A DNA stretch of 64,000 nucleotides from Guillardia theta CCMP2712 (lineage: Eukaryota > Protista > Cryptophyta), in contig NW_005434647.1 of the NCBI RefSeq assembly GCF_000315625.1, positions 52,103 to 116,102 on the forward strand, given 5' to 3'. A program made the position numbers and the translations under genes. The notes beneath the pieces are model-generated. The model did not search any database, was not told the origin of the DNA, and was given only the letters and a program-made list of their open reading frames with translations. Shown here in pieces: positions 18,822-31,281 of the stretch. Positions within the stretch are counted from its first letter, which is position 1. Every line of letters begins with the position of its first letter.

Positions 18822-19722
18822 TCACGACTGATTCGGCATGATGTTGTAGTTGGTTGCCATGAGCACGTGTGCTGATTTTGATTAAAACGATGAATTGGTG
18901 TCAAATTGGAGCAAACAAGATTTGAAGTCTTACCTTGATTCAGCATCGACTGCTCGTTCTTACACACTGTGAAGATTGCTCCGTTGTCGATTGTTGTGAT
19001 CATATGGTCTGGAATCATATCTGCAGAGAGTCAGCAGGCCAACCATGGGACGTGAGAGGTGAGTCACCAGCGTTTCTCTTGCGCGAGAGGAGGAGCTCGT
19101 TGGCGAGAACGGGCTCAGCTTTGGCCTCAACAACGGAGAGAAAGCAGCCACACGAGTTCTTGGTCTCGATGGGAACCTCCTCCCTCCTCTTCTGCTGCCC
19201 CATGACGATCTCGACCCCCACGCTCTCCTTGACCGTCACGGGAGGCACATCGCTGCCCAGCATCACGATGATGTTGCTGCAGTCCACAACCAGCACAGCC
19301 TCCTTCACCGAGTCCAAGGCTATGATACAATTTGTACATCGCTCGATGCTCAGAAAGCTTGTCTCCCCTCGCACAATAAACTGACAGGACTGCAAGCTCG
19401 CCTGTTCGTCTCTCATGTCTCCCTCCCACCCGTTGGCGTAGAACATCACGTCAAGCCCTTCGTTGTGGATGGTCGACTGAGGGTCAGCAGGGGTCATGGC
19501 ATGGTACCCTTTGATGACCCAGCACTGATTCAGATCTCCTTGCACAATCCCTCTCGATGACGCTATGGGCAACTCGTTCGCACGATCCTCTTCAATCTCG
19601 TTGACCCCGAGCGAGTAGAGCTTGTGCATCAGCGTCCTGTTGTTCGACCTGAACCTCTCCAGCATCTCCTCGATCCCTGCGGATCTCCTGCCTCCGATGG
19701 ACAGCGGAAGACTCGTTGCCAT
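18822..19722 (-). CDS. Protein consisting mainly of a CAP C-terminal / C-CAP-cofactor C beta-helix domain
   Basis: CQFIVRGETSFLSIERCTNCIIALDSVKEAVLVVDCSNIIVMLGSDVPPVTVKESVGVEI follows the CAP_C repeat pattern; spliced tail DMIPDHMITTIDNGAIFT resembles CAP 'PVPEQFKT'; two introns near the 3' end. Confidence 0.7.
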
Positions 19723-19756
19723 TGGTTGATCGTAGGATTTTGACCTCCAACTCTTC

Positions 19757-19891
19757 CTCCTCTCCTCTCCTCTCCTCTCCTCTCCTCTCCTCTCCTCTCC
19801 TCTCCTCTCCTCTCCTCTCCTCTCCTCTCCTCTCCTCTCCTCTCCTCTCCTCTCCTCTCCTCTCCTCTCCTCTCCTCTCCTCTCCTCTCCT
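19757..19891 (+). repeat. (TCTCC)n microsatellite just 5' of the CAP_C gene
   Basis: Visible pentamer array. Confidence 0.95.
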
Positions 19892-19934
19892 ATACTTCCC
19901 CTGGCGTACCTTCACGCCTCTTGGCCGTTTCTCT

Positions 19935-20555
19935 TCACCCGGCGGGCCCGGGGTGACCGCGGGCGGCCGCCCGGACGGGCCGTACCGTGGTGAGAGTCAA
20001 AGTCACCGTGGCGGCGCAGTTCTCAGCGGCCGCGCACTGGGTCGGTCACAGCAGTGGTGATCGGAGTCGCTCGGATCATCCTCGGAGCAGCCGCGGCGGC
20101 GCGCGCTGGAGCCCCAGGCCGGCGTCGCCGACTGACGGTCCGACTCCCGCGACTCAGGATGATGGCACCCGCGGCCGCCTCCCGGCCGCGGCCGCCTCCC
20201 GGCCGGTTCGCCGGGCCCGGGCCGGGTGGCGTGGCCCGGCCCGGCGGGGGCCGCGCACGGTTGGTACTAGTAAGCGGCCACGCCGCCGCGAGACGGCCCT
20301 CCGAGCCTCAGCGGGCCGACGGGGGAGCCCGGCGGGGGGCCGTCGCCCGGAGGCCCGGGCGCCGATCGGGCGCCGGTCACGGTCACACACGTCACGGCCG
20401 CTCACAGGCTGGCCGGGCTGCTAGCCGCTGAGCCTCACTCAGTGAGCAGGCCGTAGCGGCGCGCCGGGCACACCGGTCCGACGGTCAATGCCACCGTCCG
20501 CCGGACTCGGAGTCCGAGTCGGACGTGACGGCCCGGGAGCACCGTTTCACCGGGT
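19935..20555. other. GC-rich palindromic-word block
   Basis: Dense CCGG/GGCC/GACTC words, including the local palindrome CGGACTCGGAGTCCGAGTC. Confidence 0.6.
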
Positions 20556-21639
20556 AGTAGTTAGTACGCAGATATCACGCTTGTAACAAGACAGTTTTTG
20601 CTCACTGGCAAGACCGAGTTTAATGCACACAAACTTACCAGAATTGAGGAGCACATGAGAGATAGACTGTACTATGATGCCAGGATGTGAAACCCAAGCC
20701 GCATCCAGACATGAGAGGACCTTTAGTAGCAGGAGAGTTTTGTAAGTTAAGTTAACTCGGCGAGTCTGACTGGCACGGCTGGCATACGCTCCATCCTCCC
20801 CCCGAGTTTCTGAAATAGTACGTTACATCGGCCGGGACGTCAGAAAGTCACACAAACAAGAGAATGTCAGCAGAGTTCCAAGTCGAGATACGAGAAGACT
20901 GTCTGCGTCAAGTTTCAACCGGTTATGGCCTGAGCAGGCAATAACGATCAGTCAAAGATTGTCCATTCTGAAGAAGATTTTCATGCAGGGCTATTAGATG
21001 TGCAGTGCAGAGATAAGGGAGATGCCCGGCTGGCGAGCTGATGCAATGACGAGAGAAGGAGGATAAGATAAGTGAGTCTGACTGCCAGGGGAGAGAGAGA
21101 GAGAGCGTGCCCGCCGGCATTTGAAGACCAAAAGATAAATTTTGAACCGTAAAGAACTTGTGACCAGAGATTGCTGCCGCGAGATTGGAACATCCGTTTC
21201 AAGGCATTTGAAGCCTGTTGTGCAGTTGTACCTTGTTCGCCGATCCAGAAGTAGGAGTCCAGTTATCATCCATGCCACAGCGGCCTAGCTCCATGAAGTT
21301 AAACTTCCGCCAGATCTCCTGGTAGTTCCATTTGATCCTACTCAAAGATCAAGAAAATATGAATCGAATAAGCTCGAGTCCGATCAGGCTGATATTCGAC
21401 CGACCAATCTGGCTCAGGGGAAGGCTCAGCGCTTGTTTTTCCTATTCGATGATCAATCAAACAAATTGAGGCTGGGATGAGAGGCGGATTGAAGAGAGGA
21501 GTCATCCGAATGTGTAAGGCTTGATAGAATTGCCGCGCATGAATTTTCAACAGTAACGAAAAACAATACCAAGAAAGAAAAAACTCCAGTAAACAATTCA
21601 ACTAACCAAACATAAGATCAACATGATTGAGCATCAACT

Positions 21640-22325
21640 GTAATCGGGGCCCATTCAACCGACGCCAGGGCCCGCCCGGCGTGGCGGGCCGCTCAGTTAC
21701 CGGGCGGCGCCGCCGGCCCGGGCCGCCGGCCGCAGGTTCACGCCGGTACAGTACGGTACGGTCAGTAAGCGGCAAGTCAGTTCGGAGTAACTCCGAGAGG
21801 CCCCCGGGCCGGCAGGCCCGGCGGTTGACCTTGAGTCATCCGATGCCTTGCCCGGATGGCTGCGGCCTGGCTGGTCAAAAACGGACACGAGGTTGTGGCT
21901 ACGCACTTGCAAGAAGGAGAAAAGGGCATGACCTCGTGGCTCTTGACAGTACGGCACCGAAACCATACGATTTGAAGGTTTCTTCGCAAGTTCAGTGAGC
22001 CCTCAATCACTACCCCAGGACCCCCCCATATCTCATACATGACCGTACCGTACAGAGAGGAACAAAAGGGGTGGTACCCTGACCCGTACAGTCCCCGGGA
22101 CCGGCCTCTGGCCACGTGAGTTCGGATTAGTGAGGGTGGGGGGGTGGTGGGTGGAGTAATAAGATGCACCCTTTACTGGGACCGTCTTGTACTACCCCTA
22201 CCCCCATCTTTCCCCATTTCTGATACCTACCTTCGTTCCTTCTCGATTGCTTTGACTGGGACCACTACCCCCTTTTTATATCTCTTTTGAGGGGGTCATA
22301 GGGTACTCCCAGCCGTTCCCCCCGA
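21640..22325. other. GC-rich block (21640-21870) plus ACCCC/GGGGT tract (~22000-22325) upstream of AMT-A
   Basis: Same composite architecture as other 5' intergenic regions. Confidence 0.5.
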
Positions 22326-22403
22326 CAGCTCTTTTGTCTTTATAAGCTCCGCCGTCCACGAGAGGAAGCACGGAGCCAGACACATTGCGGCAGCAGCAGC
22401 ATC

Positions 22404-24077
22404 ATGTCCGACGAAGCCCCTCTGACTTTGGAATCGCTCAAGGAGTTGATTGATGGAAACTCTCGTGACATGGACGTCGCGTGGTTGGTCATCACTGGTG
22501 AGATTAACGAAGGTCAATGTCACAGTTGATTGAGATTTGAACTTGCAGGTGCGATGGTTTTCTTCATGCAGGCCGGGTTCGCCATGTTGGAGGCGGGTAT
22601 CGTCCACCCCAAGAACGTCACCAACATTCTCTTCAAGAACATGATCGACGCATCCATCGCCGCCATCTGCTACTGGCTCCTTGGGTATGGGTTCGCCTTT
22701 GGTAAAGACCGTGAGGGCTTTATCGGAGATTCCAACTATGGGTTGAGAGCTGTCTATAACGGCTCAGGTGGTGGAGGATCAGATAACTGGCAGATGTGGT
22801 TCTTCCAGTGGGCCTTTGCGGGAGCTTGCGCTACGATTGTTGCAGGATCAGTTGCAGAGCGCGCGAAGCTCGAGGCGTACTTCATCTACTCGACTGTCCT
22901 CTCCACCTTCATCTACCCCGTCATTGTTCACTGGGTTTGGGGATCTGGTTGGCTCTCCGCCTGGGGTGCTTACCCTGACTCCCAAGGCAATGCCCGGCCA
23001 ATCTTCAACCGTGACGAGCGATCCAACGGCATGATCGACTTCGCTGGCTCTGGCGTCGTGCACATGGTTGGAGGATTCTGCGGCCTGATCGGCGCCATCG
23101 TTATTGGTCCAAGGAAAGGAAGGTTCGGCCCCAACGGCGAAGTCCACACGCTCTTCGAAGGCAACACCACCCTGCAGTCTCTCGGAGTCTTCATCCTTTG
23201 GTTCGGATGGTACGGGTTCAACTGTGGGTCCACCCTCAAGATCTCGGGCAACCTTGCCAACATCGCAGGCAAGGTTGCGATGACCACCACCATCGCTGCT
23301 GCTGCCGGAGCCATCGTTACAACCTTGCTCTCCAAGATCGTGACTGGGGTCTACGACATCTCCATGGGCCTGAACGGGATCCTTGCGGGCCTCGTTGCCA
23401 TCACGGCCTCTTGTTCAGTGGTGAATCCATGGATGGCCTTCCTCATCGGAGGTGGCGCTGCCTTCGTGCTTGTCGGCGGCCACTACCTCATCCTCAAGCT
23501 GAGGATCGACGACCCCTGTGATGCCTGCGTGGTCCACGGCTTCTGCGGCCTTTGGGGAATCCTCTGTGTTGGCATCTTCTGCACCGATGCCAATGTTCAG
23601 TATGCTGCGTACCCCAATTTGAATACAGCCTGTGGAAGCGGCGAACAGTTCGCTGTACAGGTGGTGGGAGCTCTCTGCATCATCGCCTGGGTTTGCGGCA
23701 CTTCAACATTTCTCTTCTTGTTCATCAAGTACACTGTTGGTTTCCGTGTCTCTGAGGAGATCGAGGACATCGGGCTGGACGCGTCTGAGCACGGCTTGAG
23801 CACCATATTCCCCAAGGCCGAGCAGGTGAGTTGATGTCGATCTTCTTGTCTCGGGTCTCGTCGACTTATTCTATTGGCAGAACGGGAAACCTACCGAGAT
23901 GGGTGCGATCCCTACAGCAGGAGAGGGCCCTGCCTACCCAGCTGTCAACACGGAATACTTGCAAGCTCAGTCGACATACATGGTGAGCCACCTTAGTGTT
24001 CGATGTGAGGTTGCTGACTTGACTTGCTTGTGTAGACCTCTGGCAGTGCCTTCGGCAACATCTCACACCTGGCTTGA
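22404..24077 (+). CDS. AMT1: Ammonium transporter, AMT1 family, canonical (AMT-A); 4 exons
   Basis: MSDEAPL...DVAWLVITGAMVFFMQAGFAMLEAG; FQWAFA...ER; DFAGSGVVHMVGG; LWFGWYGFNCGS; IDDPCDACVVHGFCG; EDIGLDASEHG. Pore residues intact. Confidence 0.97.
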
Positions 24078-24134
24078 GCGTATCTCCTATTCTTTCAAGA
24101 CTCTTTAAAGTTTCTATGTTTCATTAAACCACTT

Positions 24135-25859
24135 CTAATGGTTTCTTGTCTCTCCTTGACCGCGGGTTGGGTTCAGGTACTGCTCGTAGAGCTCTGATAC
24201 GAAAGCATCGTCCTTTACCGCATCCTCCAGAGCCTGAGAAAACATTCTTAGTTTTCTCTTCACAAGGTTCCAAACCAAAACAAACCCGTTTGAATTGATC
24301 CTTCGTCATGACAAAGTCAGCTGCAATCGCCTCCAGGTCAGCCTCGAACTTCACAACTCAACACGTCTCACCTTTGCGCGTCCTCTGGACTGATTGCCTG
24401 AGGAGACTCGCTGGGGTCATGGTTGGGATCGATGGATCCGGTAGAATCGCCGCGGCAGAGCTCGAGGCTGTCTCTTGCCTGGGGAAGGAGGAGGCTGCGT
24501 GCGGAGCGGCGCTTGAGGAATCTGTGACGTCAGCAGCAGCAGGAGCGGCAGGAGCTGGAAACGAGTTCCTCAACATAGCCAAGATCTCACTTCCAGGAGA
24601 GCTGAACGTGTCAACGTCTCAGTGACATTCGATGGACTTCAGCAATACCTTGGCACTGGCGTATCTACAAGCGGCGGTCCCCTGGTCGGAGGCAGCGGCT
24701 CCCTCTCCTTGCCAGCATTGCTAGAAGATCGAAGAGGGTGAGCAGAGAAGAAGCATGCAAGCAGCCTTCACATCATCTTCATGATCTCTGCCCCAGCATC
24801 GAGCTTAGCAGGGATGGCGAAAGGAGTTTCGAGAGGTCGGGCAACGGACGGCTTCTCCGGAGGCAGCGCCCCTGCCTTGGCTTCGCTGTGCTGAGGTCCT
24901 TCGGAGATTCCGAGCAGACCCTCTGACCGCGACTCGTCAGCACAGCAGCATCGATGCTTGTTCAAGATACTCAGATCCTCCGTGGCCCTGTCGGACGCAG
25001 CCGGGCCTGCAGGTTTATTAGTCCTCAACACATGCAAGTTCCGTCCATCACCGGTATCGACAGGTGCGATGCCAAGAATGCTTTCTGAAGGAAGAGTCAA
25101 CCCAACTCGTGAACATCTTCTGTCTTGACATACTCAGGTTTTGCTCCACTGCCCCGTATCCTTTTGCTTGGCTCTGCTCGACGGGAAATCCGCCCTGCAT
25201 CACCTGGCAATGAACAAGTGCTGGAAGAGATGCCCAAGCTCTAACCTTGCATATTTCCACAAGGTCATTAAAGAGCTTTCCTATCTTTATTGTTTCTTCT
25301 TCTTTGTAGAACCAAAATCCCAGAACCTACATGAACGTCAACCTCCACGTGGGTATTTGTTAACCAAACCGAAAGTCAGGGTCAGAGACCTCGTACACGC
25401 GAGCAGGGATTTTGACATCTCACACAAGAATAGACAAAACTTTACATCGCACCCATACATCAGCACATCTCTTACTGCCACCTCCATCACACCATCGGCC
25501 CTCTACACCACCTGATTGTTTGTCGAGTTCGTGCACATCAGGTAAGGCCCCTCTATCTGCACCATCGTGTACGTCCCGATGTCCTGCACAAAGTTCTCTA
25601 GCCCACTTCTGTTGAGGATGATGCATGAAAACGCCCTCCTCTTCCTCACAACGAACATGGACCCTTCTACATCTAGCTTGCTCCAGCTCTGCCCGGCGCA
25701 GTCGAAGGCGTACAGGACGACATGCCGGGACATCTCGAGCACCTCCATCACCTCTGGGTCCATGCGCTGCAGCACCGTCAAGTTCATCGCCGTCCTCTGC
25801 TCCTCCGTCGCCCTCCGCTGCGCGTCCAGCGGCGACTCCGTTCGCTTCCCTTTCGCCAT
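24135..25859 (-). CDS. DCP1: mRNA decapping enzyme subunit DCP1 (EVH1 domain and C-terminal trimerisation-like helix)
   Basis: MNLTVLQRMDPEV...HVVLYAFD...WSKLDVEGSMFVVRK...IILNRSGLENFV; C-terminal MTKDQFKR...DDAFVSELYEQYL. Confidence 0.92.
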
Positions 25860-26040
25860 GCGCCCTTCCCGACGTAACAGATCTGCTACGCCTCGTAAGA
25901 CAAAACGTTACAGCCCGTTGCAAAACTTTGGGCGGTTTCCATACCGTTACGTGACGCTGTTCTGCACAATGTTGTTCGTCACCATTTAGTTAGAGAGGGA
26001 GGGAGGGAGGGAGGGAGGGAGGGAGGGAGGAGGGAGGGAG

Positions 26041-26140
26041 NNNNNNNNNNNNNNNNNNNNNNNNNNNNNNNNNNNNNNNNNNNNNNNNNNNNNNNNNNNN
26101 NNNNNNNNNNNNNNNNNNNNNNNNNNNNNNNNNNNNNNNN
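26041..26140. other. Assembly gap (100 N) adjacent to a (GGGA)n repeat
   Basis: Run of N. Confidence 1.
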
Positions 26141-26431
26141 ATGGGAGGGTGAGGAAGGGAGTTGAAGGAGATGGGGAAATGGAGGAGAGGAAGAGGTCTC
26201 TTACCTCCTCCGTTCCATTTCTGCTTCAACTCCCTGCGCAAGCTCTACTATCACTCTCTCCGCGTATGCTCGAAGCGTCTGTGTGCCATGTCAGCAGCTG
26301 ATCCTTCTATTCCATCTCCTGCCCCAACTTTGCCATGCCCTGCAGCGATGTAGTCTGCCAGGGACGCGTATCCTGAACAGCAGAAGAAAGAGAGAGGGAG
26401 GAAGAGGAGAAGAAGAGACTCGGGACGGAGC

Positions 26432-26490
<59 letters not shown>

Positions 26491-28997
26491 ATGGAGGAGG
26501 AGGAGGAGGAGGAGGAGGAGGAGGAGGAGGAAGAGGAGGAGGAGGAGGAGGAGGAGGAGGAGGAGGAGAACGAGGAGGAGGAGGAGGAGGAGGAGGAGAT
26601 GGTGGTGGAGGTGGTGGAGGTGGTGGAGGAGCGATGATTCATAAGGCAGGTGGAGGGACGGGGAGTGGACAGATGTCTGTTCAACCGCAAGAAACACGAC
26701 CTTCGCTCCGAAGCTCCTCCACGAGTCTTGACATCACGGCCGGCTCGTGCTGGGGAAGGATGCGACTTTATGGTGGAGAACTTTATGGTGGAGAACGTGA
26801 TAGGGCCTGACGTGAACGCCTTGGCAAGGCTCCCTTCAAAGTGTTGGAACTGGCATCGAGCGAGCCGAGTCATAGCCGAGTGCAGCTCGCAGAGGTCCTA
26901 CTCGCTGTCTGCGGCGTTGAGCTGAGGGTTCTGCTTGTAGGGGCTCGGGGGCATCCCGGAAGGCATGAACTCGGTGAACGCCATGCTTCTCTTCAACTCA
27001 TCAGGTTCTTCTCCTCCCTCGCGGGTTAGAGGCTCGCGGTCTGACGTCCTTCATCTCAGAAAATCCTTACCGGGGCTACATGATCCTTGACAACCTCGCG
27101 GGTATGTTGACTCCAAGTTCTCAAGCGTGTCTGCCCCTCGAGTTGACCCGTTCCTGCTCCCTACTCCTCCTCGACAGGGCCAGAGGACGAGGACGACAGA
27201 GAGCCAAGTGCCAAGCCCAGCAAGAGGCCACTTGCAGAGGCACCAGCGTCTGTGAAACATGTCAGTAGCTCTTCATTGCAGGAGGTCAATCAGTGACAAA
27301 TACATGTCAGGGCATCGAGCTTCCTTCCTTCGGCACGGTTGACTTCGGCTTCAACCCTGAGCTCGGGATGGTTCCCAACATGAACCTCCCCAACGTCCTT
27401 CCTGGTCTCCTTCCTGGACTTGCTGTCAGCCTCCTGACCTCCGTTACCTTCAGGCCTCCCCAACCTGGCGGATGAGATCTGTGAATGGCAGACAGATTCT
27501 ATTGCTCCCTCCGCCATCCGCGCTGCTCTGCCGCAGCTGCCGACGGTCGTCATCATCGCCCTCCTCCCCTTCCCTCCTGACCTCCTCCTGCAGGTTCCCA
27601 TTGTGCAGAACGCGGCGAGTCAGCCTGGCAAGAGCAGTCTCGCCGCTCCCTCGCACTCCTCGATCTCATCCCCTCCCCCTCCTCCTCCTCCCCCTCCTGC
27701 CGAACTCTTCCAGCAAGTCACTGCTGCACCCGGAGCACCCATGCCTCCTCCCCCTCCCCCTCCTCCGGCAGCTGTTTCCGCGCCGCCACCACCACCACCA
27801 GCTCCTCCTAGCGATCTTGTTTCGGCTACTCAAGAGGCTCCTGCTGCAAGTGGAGGAGGAGAATCGACAGGACGATCAGGTCATTGGGAGACAAGAGGAG
27901 GGAGGGGAGAGTCCGGGCTAGTGGTTGCGGTGCAGCTGGTGGCTGGTGGAGGGGAGGGAGTGGGGTTGGGGGGGAGAGGGAGGAAGGAGGAGGAGGAGGA
28001 GGAGGAGGAGGAGGAGGAGGAGGAAGAGGAGGAGGAGGAGGAGGAGGACTGGTTTTGAAAAAGTCCCTCGACAGCTCTGCTGGCGGACATCCGCAAGTTT
28101 GCTGGAGACATGTCCAAATTGAAGTGAGTGTAGAGATTGCGAGACTGTCAGACATGCTCGCTATCTTCCCCTCATGTGCTGGATGCTACAGGAAGAAGAA
28201 GAAGCAGCAGCAAGAAAGCTCCAGCGACACTCAGGGAGCTGCTAAGGGCGAGGCTGATGAGGCAGAAGACTCGCAGTCCTTGTGCCGCCGCTGAGGTTGG
28301 CTGGCAGGAGAAGAAGAAGCCGCCAAGCAAGGCAGGGGGGCAAGTCGATCTCATGGCTGATCTCAAGGCCCGATTGGACAGAAGGTGTGACTCCGTTACA
28401 TTGAACCTTTCCTTTCTATGCCTCCTCCTCCTCTCCTCTCTCTCCTGCTTTGCGTGCCTCATCGCCTCCCCCCCCCTCCCCTCCTCGACATTTTCCTACT
28501 CACTTCTTTCATCTCCTTCTGCAGGCGCACAGGGATTGGAGGAGGGAAGGAGAAGGAGAAGAAATCGAAGCCCAAGGCTGAAGGTCCCCCCCCCCCTTCC
28601 CCTCTAGTCCATCCTTCTAGTGCTGACGTTTTTCACTTCAGATTCTGCTCCTGTCAGTATTGGCAACATCCGTGGGCTCGAGTCAGCCGCTGTGAGACTC
28701 TTCCGTGTCCTTCTCTGCACCCTGCTGACTGACCTGCTTCTTCCCGCCCTTTAACCGATGTTCCTGTTCCTCTCCTCTCCTCTCCTCTCCTCTCCTCTCC
28801 TCTCCTCTCCTCTCCTCTCCTCCTCTCCCTCTCCTCTCCTCTCCTCTCGACTCCTCTCCTCTCCTCTTTCTCTCCCCTCCTCTCCTCTCTCCGCTACCGC
28901 TCCGCTGCCCTCGTCTCCCTGAAATTCCCTCTCCTTCGCCATGCAATAGGCAAAGAACAAGGCTGCGTCGAGTGACAACGATGAATGGTCGGACTAA
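26141..28997 (+). CDS. WASH1: WASH complex subunit 1 (WAHD, Pro-rich, VCA); 5' end uncertain because of the gap
   Basis: GLGGIPEGMNSVNAMLLFNSSENPYRGYMILDNLAG; FGFNPELGMVPNMNLP; poly-Pro; WH2 LLADIRKFAGDMSKLK; C motif DLMADLKARLDRRRTGIGG; acidic end SDNDEWSD*. Confidence 0.9.
26432..26630 (+). repeat. Compound (GAT)n-(GAG)n-(GGT/GGA) microsatellite, probably intronic in WASH1
   Basis: Visible repeats. Confidence 0.9.
28770..28890 (+). repeat. (TCTCC)n in the last WASH1 intron
   Basis: Visible repeat. Confidence 0.9.
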
Positions 28998-29199
28998 GGA
29001 GAGGAGAATGAAATATATCTGCTGCGCCCCTCCCTGTACGTCCTCCTAGCTCAACGCTTTCGTCCTCCCACATCCTTGCTCCTCTGCCCCCTTCAAGGAT
29101 CGGATGATCTTACTTCGCTCCTTCAAGGATCGGATGATCTTACTCGTCCCCCTCTGACTCTCAGATGCTCATGAAGCCTCCGGTGCCTGCTGGCTTACT

Positions 29200-31270
29200 T
29201 GAGTCAAGCTCAGCGGCTGCAGACTTGTTTTAGGGGCTCAGGAGCGACTTGAGGTCGCGAGTCGGTTACCGGAGGAGAGAGGAAGTCAACTTGCTGTCCC
29301 AACAGGCCCCGGAGTTGGCAGGCTCCTCGGTGAGCACAACCAGCCAGTGACCTCCCGATGCTGCCGGGCCCTCGGAGGATCCTGAAAGTCCCGAGGCCCT
29401 TCAAGAGGCCTCTCCCGGTCCGCTTGTAGCCTCGGCCGGCGAGCCTGAGGAACGGCGGCACTCTGGGCTGACTGACCTCCGGGACTGTGACTCCGAGGCT
29501 CACTTTCCTGCCTTCAGTTATCGTAGCCTGGACAGCCAGTCCGGACTGAGTTAGCTGTCACTGTGTGGCATTCTCAGTGGCCGCCCAGCATCATCAATGG
29601 CGGCGGCGCCGGGCCTTCACCGTTCGAGCTGGCAATCAGGCCCACTGTGATGATGATCATAGTGAGTGACTCTTGCCTGTCTAACGATGAGTGATGACCC
29701 CCGGTCACTGCAGTGACTGTTAGCGGCATCTCACCTCGCTCGCCGCGGCTCAGTGGCCGCGCGCTTGGAACTGAGTTACCGTCACACAGGACTCTACTCA
29801 ATGTACCGTCACTGCTGAGTGAATTCAGTGAGTCAGATCTCAAGGCAGTGAGATGATCCGATCAGTTTTGACCGTGATGAAACTACTAAACTGCGCCGGA
29901 TCCAACATAAACTCACAGTGACAAGCTGTCCGATGATTGCCGTGATCATTGGACGCACTGCACGGCACTTGAAGAGCCTCACCCCACTGCCCTGGTACCG
30001 TACTACTAGCGTTGAAGCTGTACTGATGTCGGATTGAGTTCTGATCACTGTCGGACTCACACGCGAGAGTCAATTTTCAATTTCTGTGAGTATTCAATTT
30101 CTGTGAGCCTAGTCTACTCAGTAGTACTTGAATCGTGGCAGTGCCATCCGATCACGCGGTTCTCATCATCATGTGATATCCGATGATCCGCCATGATCGG
30201 AATATGACCGTGACATACAGTAGACACTGATAAGGGGGCACGGCTTGCCGATACTAAAGGCTGCCATGATGAACTGTGTCACTGGTCAAGTTGAGGCGGC
30301 CCTGCCCCTGGCTAGGAGCCTCTGAGCGTCCGGCCGCAACTTGGCAACCGCCTTCACCCCCGCCGCCGTCGTATGACACGGTGGAACTCCGACCCGGCCC
30401 GCGTCACTGCCTGGACAGAGCCTCTGCGGCACCGTCTGATGCTCAACTGAGACTCCGCCCAGAAGTTCCCGTGCGTCCGCTGAGTCGGACATTGCCGTGT
30501 CACACGCTCCTTCCGAGGGCCCCCTCCCGACTCCTCGGAGGCTCCGACCGATTCGCAACAGCGGCCTAGCCTCGGACACCGACAGACTCGCTCAGTGAGT
30601 CCCGGGAGGCTCGCGGTGACAGTTCAAGTTTGAGGCTTTACCGCCGGTGATGAAAGCTTGACAGCAAAAGGTGAGCTTAACTAGCCGCGTCTCGCACAGG
30701 CTATGCGGAGAGAAGAGAAAAGACAGAGAGCCTAACCAACTTGCTGATGATCCGGTCCTCATCCTCATCACTGTGACAGGCTTAGCGGCGTCCGACTCAG
30801 CATGCCAGGAGGCTGGACGGTCCGACGAGCATGGCGGCCGCGGCATCATCATCGGCGGGAGTCGCTTCAAAGGCTTCAGGGGCTTCTGGTTCCCCGGTGG
30901 CACGAGGACTCCGAGCTCTGAGGCGAGCCTGCCCGAGAAGTTGCGCTGGAATGGTCCTAGGAAAGGCTATGAGGATAGGCCCCGGTCCTAGCTAGATTGA
31001 ATGGTGGACTACCTGGTCTTTGTAGTGCCATTGTAGGGGGTGGGGTTATTTTGTACCTCCACCACCAAATTTACTTCATTTTCATGGGTTGGGGTGGGTA
31101 AAGTACCCTTGAAGCTATACCCCATCAATCGAAAGGTACCCCTTCAAAAAGCATTGACCCTCAAAGTACCCCTATTTGAAGAGTTTTACAAGGGCAGATA
31201 TTGGGTGATTGGTAGTACCGGTACTAGTGCAGACATCATTTTGACCACCCCGACCCCACCTTTCCTCACA
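29200..31270. other. Long GAGTC/GTCAC/GATC/CCGG-rich non-coding block (29200-30990) plus GGGGT/GTACC tract (31000-31270)
   Basis: Word composition matches the other blocks; only short, implausible ORFs. Confidence 0.5.
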
Positions 31271-31281
31271 ATTGTCAGCCC

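Noticed and set aside
20600-21600. Possible small minus-strand gene (WNYQEIWRKFNFMELGRCG...)
   Set aside because: Could not assemble a consistent exon chain or recognise a domain.
26251-26873. Poly-M/R/L/I/S ORFs (similarly 19592-19915, 41291-41965, 50609-51384)
   Set aside because: Microsatellite translations.
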